Shown here piece after piece: positions 58,004-64,000 of a DNA stretch of 64,000 nucleotides; position 1 is the stretch's first letter; every line of letters starts with the position of its first letter. The stretch spans positions 35,167 to 99,166 of the forward strand of contig CAVSAP010000001.1 of the NCBI GenBank assembly GCA_963726055.1, read 5' to 3'. The translations under genes were made by a program, and so were the position numbers. A model generated the notes under the pieces. That model searched no databases, was not told the DNA's origin, and saw only the letters and a program-made list of their open reading frames with translations. This DNA comes from an uncultured Chloroflexia bacterium (lineage in GTDB: Bacteria; Chloroflexota; Limnocylindria; Limnocylindrales; CSP1-4).

Positions 58004-58879
58004 TCAGGGCGCTTTCGGGTCGACGAACCTGCAGCGCGGACGCAGGGGACAGGCGTCGTGATCCGGTCGCTGCGCGTGGCAGACCTTCCGGCCGTGCTGG
58101 ATCAGGTTCACGTGGGCCTCGTACATCTGGTCCGACTCGAGCAGGCCGAGGAACAGGTCGTGGGCCTCATCGATGGTCGCCTTGGGCGGAATCAGGCCGA
58201 CCCGGCGCGACACACGCTCGACGTGGCGGTCGATCGGGAAGAGCGGCTGCCCGAAGCAGAACAGCAGGAGGATCGACGCCGTCTTCTTGCCGATGCCATC
58301 GATCCTCGTCAGCCAGTCGCGGGCCTCGAGCGCGGTCATCGCGGCGAGGAACTCGAGCGAGTAGTCGCCGCGTTCCTCACGGATCGTGCGCAGGGTTGCC
58401 TGGAGCCTCGGCGCCTTCTGGTTGGCCAACCCGCCGGGACGGATGACATCGGTCAATTCCGGAAGAGGCGCGAACTCGACGGCGGCCCAGTCCGGGGGTG
58501 GCGCCTCGGACAGGCCGAAGCCACCCCAGCCGCTCCCCGGGTTGTGACGCTCGGGTGGGCGATTGCTCGGATACGCGCGGCGGAGCGCTTCGAATGCGAC
58601 CTCGGCGTTCGTGTCGGCGCTGTTCTGGGTGAGGATCGTCAGGATCAGCTCGCTCGTCGGGTCGAGCCGCCGCTGCCAGGCCTCGCGGCCGTAGAGTCCC
58701 GCGAGACCGTCGAGCACGAACGGGACGAGGCCGGGTCGATACCGCTCGAGGCGTTTCGCGTAGCTTCGTCCGGGATCGGAGAACTTGCGCTTCCTGGGCC
58801 GCTTCCGCTTCGCGGTCGCGGATCGCGCGGGTTTCGCCCCGACATTGACGACCACGACGATCTCGAGCTCGTCGGTCAT
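58004..58879 (-). CDS. nth: endonuclease III-like HhH-GPD DNA glycosylase
   Basis: 'LILTILTQNSAD', HhH 'GIGKKTA', 'FPIDRHVERV', Fe-S motif C-X6-H-X2-C-X5-C. Confidence 0.85.
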   Translation of the reverse strand: MTDELEIVVVVNVGAKPARSATAKRKRPRKRKFSDPGRSYAKRLERYRPGLVPFVLDGLAGLYGREAWQRRLDPTSELILTILTQNSADTNAEVAFEALRRAYPSNRPPERHNPGSGWGGFGLSEAPPPDWAAVEFAPLPELTDVIRPGGLANQKAPRLQATLRTIREERGDYSLEFLAAMTALEARDWLTRIDGIGKKTASILLLFCFGQPLFPIDRHVERVSRRVGLIPPKATIDEAHDLFLGLLESDQMYEAHVNLIQHGRKVCHAQRPDHDACPLRPRCRFVDPKAP

Positions 58880-59988
58880 GCGAGACCAACCAGCCGCGCA
58901 ACGCGCTCGGCGGTCCGTTCGAGCGGAGCGGTTCCTGAACGCATTGCCTCCTCGACGCTCTGGGGCCGCTCGACTACGGGCACCGCGATCGCGCCGACGG
59001 CCGCCAGGGCCTGGATCCCGTCAACGTCGACGCCGCCCCCGACCGCGATGCACGGGACGCCGGCCGCCTGCGCTCGCCTTGCGACGCCGAGCGCCGTCTT
59101 GCCGAATCCCGTCTGCGCATCGATCCGACCCTCGCCGGTGATGACGATGTCCGCGCGCGCGAGGCGCCCGTCGAAGTCGGTCGCCTCCATGACGAGATCG
59201 ATGCCCGGCCGCAGGGCAAATGACTTGAAGCGGTCCTGGATCTCGAGCAACGCGTACCCGACGCCACCTGCGGCCCCGGCGCCTGCGGTCTCGCGCTCGC
59301 CCCGTCCGGACGCGGCGTCGAGGCTGTCGGCGTAGCGCGCAAGTCGATCGTCGAGATCGGCGACATCGGTCGGGGTCGCTCCTTTCTGCGGTCCGTAGAC
59401 GGCGGCCGCGCCGCGCTCGCCGAGCAGCGGGTTCGAGACATCACACGCGACCTGGAGGTCGACGCCGGCGAGCCGTGGATCGAGATGCGCCAGGTTGCAG
59501 GTCGCGGAATCCCGGTCGGTGGCCGCGCCGAGGCCGGCGAGGAGGCCCGCGCCGCCGTCCGTCGTGGCGCTCCCGCCGATCCCGAGCACGATGCTCGTCG
59601 CGCCCGCGTCGATCGCGGCTCGCAGCAGGTCACCGGTCCCGATCGAGCTCGCCGCGACGGCGTCGCGCTCGGCGGCGGTCAGTCGCGACAGGCCGGAGGC
59701 CTCTGCCATCTCGACCGCCGCCCGCGTCCCATCGTCGGACCGTAGCCAGGCGCCCTGGATCGATCGTCCCAGCGGGTCCCGGACGGTGGCGATCTGGCGT
59801 GTCCAGCCTCCGGCCGCTTCGATCGCAGCGAGCGTTCCCTCGCCGCCATCGGCCAGCGGACAGAGGAGGACGTCGTCGTCCGGACGAGCACGTTGCCAGC
59901 CAACCGCGAGCGCCCAGGCGACCTCGACCGACGTCAGCGACCCCTTGAACGAGTCGGGCGCGAACAGGATCGTCAGCTGTCGCGCCAC
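58876..59988 (-). CDS. glxK: glycerate kinase (GlxK family)
   Basis: 'APDSFKGSL', 'PLADGGEGT', 'GIGGSATTDGGAG', 'GAGAAGG', 'ITGEGRIDAQT..GK'. Confidence 0.93.
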   Translation of the reverse strand: MARQLTILFAPDSFKGSLTSVEVAWALAVGWQRARPDDDVLLCPLADGGEGTLAAIEAAGGWTRQIATVRDPLGRSIQGAWLRSDDGTRAAVEMAEASGLSRLTAAERDAVAASSIGTGDLLRAAIDAGATSIVLGIGGSATTDGGAGLLAGLGAATDRDSATCNLAHLDPRLAGVDLQVACDVSNPLLGERGAAAVYGPQKGATPTDVADLDDRLARYADSLDAASGRGERETAGAGAAGGVGYALLEIQDRFKSFALRPGIDLVMEATDFDGRLARADIVITGEGRIDAQTGFGKTALGVARRAQAAGVPCIAVGGGVDVDGIQALAAVGAIAVPVVERPQSVEEAMRSGTAPLERTAERVARLVGLA

Positions 59989-60001
59989 CGTTGCCGACCG
60001 C

Positions 60002-61960
60002 TCAGCGGCCCGCGGGCTCGAGCTCCGGCGCCGGTGCGGCCTCAGCGAGACCGGCGGCCCGACGGCGCTCGAGATACTCGGGAATCCGGATCATCGGCGG
60101 ACGTTCCTGGTCGGCCAGCTCGATGACCTCCAGGGAGAGCCTGCCCTTGCCTGAGCGTGGCAGCTTCATCGTGGAGCCGAGCTCGGCGAACAGGCGCGCC
60201 TTCCGCCGTTCCTCGAGCCGCTTCATCACGGCCTGGAGGATGACGAACGACATGCGCGACAGGCCCTCCAGCTCCTGGTTGCGATGGACTCGTCGCTCGA
60301 GGTCGACCTGGCCGAGGCCCTCGATTCCCACGCGCTCCGCGGCGTCGATCAGGTGCCCGATCTCCACCGCGTACCCCGTGAAGAACGGGATCGACTCGAG
60401 GAGCGCGCGGCGCCCCGCGTACTCGCCCGCGAGCGGCTGGATCATCCCGGACAGCTCCGGATAGAAGAGGTTGATGAGCGGACGCGCGACGAGCTCCGTG
60501 ACCCGGCCGCCGCCGCCCTCCTTGAGCACCCCGTCCAGGACGATCGGGCGCTGGTAGTAGCCCTTGACGTACTGGAGTCGCGGCTCGTGGAGGAGGGGAC
60601 CAAGCGTCCCGTACACCATCCGCGGGTGCCAGTTCCTGACGTCTGTGTCGGCCCAGACGATGATGTCGCCGCTCGTCTCGTAGACGGACTTCCAGAGTGC
60701 CTCGCCCTTGCCGCGGAACGATCCGTAGCGGGAGAGCACGTCGGGGTGCTGAACGACGCGAGCGCCCTCGGCCTCGGCGATCTCTCGCGTCCGGTCCGTG
60801 GAGATCGAATCGATCACGAGGATCTCGTCGATGAGCGGCACCCGGCCCATCATCTCGCGCATCGCCCGCCGGACGATCGGGCCGATCGTCTCCTCTTCGT
60901 CGAGCGTCGGCAGGACGAGGGAGACCGTCAGTCCCTGCTTCTCCTTGAGCTGGACGAGGCGCCGAAGGTCGGCGAACTCGGCGTGGTGGAAGTTCGCCTC
61001 GCCGAACCACCGCTCGACGCGGGCGGGGACCGCGCGCGCCTCCTCGGCTGCTCGATCGGCGGCGGCAAGCGTCTCGGCCCGCGACGCGAGCTGCTCGAAC
61101 GTCTGGCGCCCGATCGTCTCCCTGGTCTTTACGACGACGACGGTCGGGCGGGCACGGGCCGCGACGGCCTCGGGCAGCGCGCCGAACAGGTAGGCCTCGC
61201 CGTCGGCCCCGGCCGGCTGGGCCGATGCCCCCATGACGACGAGGTCCGCCTTGTCGGCCTCGCGGAGGATCGCATTGCGGACATTCGCTGCCTCGCGGAC
61301 GATCCCCTCCGCCTTGCCGCGAATGTGCTGGCGGATGAACTGTGCGAGCGCGTGCTCCGCCTGGGCACGAACGGCGAGCGTGATGCCGGGCGGGACGAAG
61401 TGAAGGACGCTGACCTTGGCGTCGTGCCGCCGGGCGATCGCGTCGGCGTAGCGGACGGCAAGCTCCGCATGGGGGCCGCCGCGGACGGGGACGATGATCC
61501 GCCGGATGTCCTTCGTGCCCCGTTGCTTGACGACAGCGATGTCGGCCGGCGAGTCACGGACGACCTCGTCGATCGTTGGCGAGAAGACCGACGGACCGGT
61601 GCCGTCGCGGCCGGCCGGCGCCTTCCCGCCCCAGCCGAAGATGATGAGGTCGGCTTCCTGCTCGGCCGACGCCTCGATGATGCCCTCGGCAGCGTGCCGG
61701 CCGATCCGGACAATCGGGTGGATCGCGGTTCCCTGTGGCGCGAAATCGAGAACTCGCTGAAGGAGCCGGCGGGCGTGCCGGGCGCGGGTGGCGCCTTCCG
61801 AGAGGGGCATCCCCTCCGGGACCTCGACGATCCCGAGGGCTGTCAGCTCGCCACCGCGCGGTTCCAGCAGATCGGCGCCGAGCCGGATCAGCTCCTCCGC
61901 GGTCGCGGGGTTTGCGACCGGGATGAGGATACGAGCGGGCAGGGGCGGACGGCTCGTCAC
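60002..61960 (-). CDS. gpgS: tandem-USP-domain + glucosyl-3-phosphoglycerate synthase fusion
   Basis: USP1 'RILIPVANP', USP2 'RIIVPVRGGPHA'; GpgS motifs 'LPTLDEEETIG', 'GKGEALWKS', 'VKGYYQRP', 'GGGRVTELVARP', 'QPLAGEYA', 'GYAVEIG', 'RVHRNQ'. Confidence 0.9.
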   Translation of the reverse strand: MTSRPPLPARILIPVANPATAEELIRLGADLLEPRGGELTALGIVEVPEGMPLSEGATRARHARRLLQRVLDFAPQGTAIHPIVRIGRHAAEGIIEASAEQEADLIIFGWGGKAPAGRDGTGPSVFSPTIDEVVRDSPADIAVVKQRGTKDIRRIIVPVRGGPHAELAVRYADAIARRHDAKVSVLHFVPPGITLAVRAQAEHALAQFIRQHIRGKAEGIVREAANVRNAILREADKADLVVMGASAQPAGADGEAYLFGALPEAVAARARPTVVVVKTRETIGRQTFEQLASRAETLAAADRAAEEARAVPARVERWFGEANFHHAEFADLRRLVQLKEKQGLTVSLVLPTLDEEETIGPIVRRAMREMMGRVPLIDEILVIDSISTDRTREIAEAEGARVVQHPDVLSRYGSFRGKGEALWKSVYETSGDIIVWADTDVRNWHPRMVYGTLGPLLHEPRLQYVKGYYQRPIVLDGVLKEGGGGRVTELVARPLINLFYPELSGMIQPLAGEYAGRRALLESIPFFTGYAVEIGHLIDAAERVGIEGLGQVDLERRVHRNQELEGLSRMSFVILQAVMKRLEERRKARLFAELGSTMKLPRSGKGRLSLEVIELADQERPPMIRIPEYLERRRAAGLAEAAPAPELEPAGR

Positions 61961-63342
61961 GTCGGCGCCATCGCTCGCTCGGCGGCCTGCCAGCGCTCGA
62001 CGAGGTAAGGCTTGAGGAGCTCGAACTCGCGGGCCTGGCGCTCGACGCGCTCCTCCGCCTGGTCGGTCGTGATGTGCCGGTTCTCGATGATGAAGCTGCC
62101 GACCCGACCGAAGTAGACCGGAACGAGAGCGGCGACGAGGGATTCGATCGGCGGCTCGGCCGACCGCGCCGCCATGACGAGGTCGTAGATGAGCCGGGCC
62201 CAGACGTCGTCCGGGAAGTGGAACGCGGCGAGCGCGTCGGCCATCTCGGTGGTCGGCACGACCGCCGACGATCCGTCGCCGCCGATGCCGAGTTTCGCTC
62301 GGGCCGTATCGACGAGCTTGCCGGCTTCCTTGGCGAGGACCATGACGGTGTCGAAGTTGTCGGGCGCGAACATCTTGCCCCACGTGTCGGCCAGCGTCAG
62401 CGAGCCCTGGTGGAACTCCGACAGGAGCCGGATCGTGTTCACCTCGAGCGGCGGCGGGTCGATGATCCGCTCAAAGCCGTAGGCCGGCACGTCGTGTGAG
62501 CCGCGGATGCCCAGCCAGTGGTCGGGATGCGTGGCCGCGAGCCGCAGGATCGTCCCGACGACCTGGCGGAACATCGGACCGAGGTCGCTGCCCGGGTCCT
62601 TCGGGTCATGGATCTTCGCCCCGAGGCGGGCCTGGCAGACGGCGAAGCCCCCGGTCAGGGCCGACGTCGTCATCCAGATGTCGATGCCGAACTTGCTGAT
62701 GTCCTCGGTCCAGTCGTCGAGCTCGAGGTAGTGCCGGACGAGGTCGCCGGAGACCCCGAAGTCGCCACCGATCGGCTGGCGGATCCGGTGGCCGTAGAGT
62801 GCCCGGGTCAGCGGGTAGGTGACGGTGTTCGTGATGGTGCCGTCGTACTTGTAGCGCGCGTAGAGCGGGGCGACGAAGTCATAGCCGCCCTTGAGAATGG
62901 GGCCGGCGAGGAGCTCGATCCATTCGGGCACGATCGAGCGCAGGTCGGAATCGACGACGACGAGCGCCTGGACTTCGAGCGCCGCCGCGATCTCGAAGAT
63001 CGTCCGGAGCGCCGCGCCCTTGCCGCCGACGCCGTCGATCTCCGGGTAGGTCAGGCTGACCCGGTCGAGCTTGTTCGTGGGCCGGACGAGGAGGATCTGC
63101 TCGATGTAGTCGGGTGGCTCCGTCTCGACGACGACGCGGCCAGTCCCGTCCGGAGAGCCGGCGTCGCTGTTGACGAGGACCGGCTTCAGCTCCGGGAAGT
63201 ACTGGACGAGCCCGGCCTGGGCGGCCCGAACGACATAGCCGATCGTGGCCGCATTCTTGAAGCTCGGGATGCCGACCATGATGTCGGCTCGGCCGAGGCG
63301 CGAGATCTCGTCGCGCACGGCCGGAGTGAGCGCAGTGGGCAC
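61957..63342 (-). CDS. GT2 glycosyltransferase, glucosylglycerate/mannosylglycerate synthase-like (Ggs/Mgs)
   Basis: 'VGIPSFKNAATIG', 'NSDAGSPDGT', 'GKGAALR', 'VDSDLRSI.PEWI', 'RQPIGGDFG', 'FGIDIWMT'; leaderless TACGGT-N6-GTG. Confidence 0.8.
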   Translation of the reverse strand: MPTALTPAVRDEISRLGRADIMVGIPSFKNAATIGYVVRAAQAGLVQYFPELKPVLVNSDAGSPDGTGRVVVETEPPDYIEQILLVRPTNKLDRVSLTYPEIDGVGGKGAALRTIFEIAAALEVQALVVVDSDLRSIVPEWIELLAGPILKGGYDFVAPLYARYKYDGTITNTVTYPLTRALYGHRIRQPIGGDFGVSGDLVRHYLELDDWTEDISKFGIDIWMTTSALTGGFAVCQARLGAKIHDPKDPGSDLGPMFRQVVGTILRLAATHPDHWLGIRGSHDVPAYGFERIIDPPPLEVNTIRLLSEFHQGSLTLADTWGKMFAPDNFDTVMVLAKEAGKLVDTARAKLGIGGDGSSAVVPTTEMADALAAFHFPDDVWARLIYDLVMAARSAEPPIESLVAALVPVYFGRVGSFIIENRHITTDQAEERVERQAREFELLKPYLVERWQAAERAMAPT

Positions 63343-63411
63343 CTGCCCACCGTACCACCTCAGACCAATGGCGTCGGCGGTGCTCCGCCCTCGCGGATGC
63401 GAGCCCTAATT

Positions 63412-64000
63412 TCAGCGGCGCGGCAGGTCCGCGATCGCCCACTGCGAGTTCGGTGCACCCGGGGTGTAGCGGCTGTTGGCGGCCTTGTAGACGAGCCGGC
63501 TGAACCCGAACGACCGCCACGACCCGAGCCACGTGTCGATCGGCGGGCGCACGAAGACTCCGTGACGCACGAGCCTCGATTCGCCCACGACCGACTCGAG
63601 GATTCTCTTGCGCTCGAGAAGCGGGATCGTGAGCAGTGGCTCGTCGTCGACCCAGAGCAGGTCGACGAGGACGATCGCGACGTCCGCGTCCGGCGGGAGC
63701 GGGTCGCGCCCGATCGCCTCGACCGGTGGAGGACTCGTTCTCGAACGCCGTTTGCCCAACACCATCTGGCTCATCGACGGGAGCAACTCTGCTACTTCGT
63801 CGAGCTCCCGTTGGGCGATGGGCTCCACGCCCTGGGTCGGCTGGTCGGTCAGGTAGCCGTCGACGAGAAGCTGGCTCGCGCGACTGACATCGGCGAGCTC
63901 GGCCGCAACGTCCTCGAACTCGTCGACCGGGTCGCCGTCGAGATCGCGAATCGTGACCCGGCCATCGTCGACGAGGGCAAGGACACGGAGGCCAGACCAC
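63412..64000 (-). CDS. ATP-dependent DNA-ligase-like adenylation-domain protein, catalytically degenerate (5' end beyond window)
   Basis: Ligase-like layout 'WSGLR', 'VDGYL', 'VDLLWVDD..L...PLLERKRIL', 'LVYKAANSRYTPG'. Confidence 0.7.
   Translation of the reverse strand, partial: WSGLRVLALVDDGRVTIRDLDGDPVDEFEDVAAELADVSRASQLLVDGYLTDQPTQGVEPIAQRELDEVAELLPSMSQMVLGKRRSRTSPPPVEAIGRDPLPPDADVAIVLVDLLWVDDEPLLTIPLLERKRILESVVGESRLVRHGVFVRPPIDTWLGSWRSFGFSRLVYKAANSRYTPGAPNSQWAIADLPRR

Noticed and set aside
299-64000. Numerous long antisense or alternate-frame ORFs in the track (e.g., 5724-7079, 22202-24085, 45381-47063, 48732-50426, 60284-62008)
   Set aside because: These are shadow ORFs expected at about 70% GC. 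They are Arg/Pro/Gly-rich, lack motifs and overlap well-supported genes.
1-64000. rRNA, tRNA, CRISPR arrays, prophage or transposon genes
   Set aside because: No cloverleaf, rRNA signature, regularly spaced repeats, integrase or transposase motifs were recognised by eye. tRNAscan-SE and CRISPR finders were not run.

Overview
High-GC (roughly 70%) bacterial chromosomal window. The gene content (lipoproteins with Pro/Ser/Ala-rich stalks, DUF5666, DUF6325, SHOCT, Tad-type pseudopilins, many leaderless promoters) suggests a Chloroflexota/Actinomycetota-like organism; this is inference only. Left to right it contains: (1) a membrane-protein/SHOCT/DUF6325/CYTH cluster, a PNPOx-like gene and an ECF41-type sigma factor; (2) a 4-hydroxybenzoate/protocatechuate catabolic island (aromatic aldehyde dehydrogenase, ABC importer, pcaG-B-D-C, pobA, pcaH, IclR regulator) that also holds a core-MetE-like Zn enzyme; (3) a four-gene FtsX/MacB-like ABC system followed by an FtsZ with an N-terminal transmembrane helix; (4) accessory genes (methyltransferase, lipoproteins, DUF885, arginase family, GGDEF-EAL, MFS, acetyl-xylan esterase, HTH regulator plus aspartyl protease); (5) a 14-kb array of three TadE/TadG-like pseudopilin cassettes with an embedded two-component system, four promoters of shared architecture, a candidate sRNA and one chimeric adhesin gene; (6) nth, glxK, a USP-USP-GpgS fusion, a Ggs/Mgs-like glycosyltransferase and a degenerate DNA-ligase-like gene cut by the window end. 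About ten single-base frameshifts and two apparent deletions interrupt otherwise intact genes. This looks like consensus or long-read error, so frameshifted genes are mostly called as CDS. No rRNA, tRNA, CRISPR array or transposase was recognised. The strongest novelty candidates are the membrane-anchored FtsZ paralog and the Tad adhesin cassette array with its regulon.
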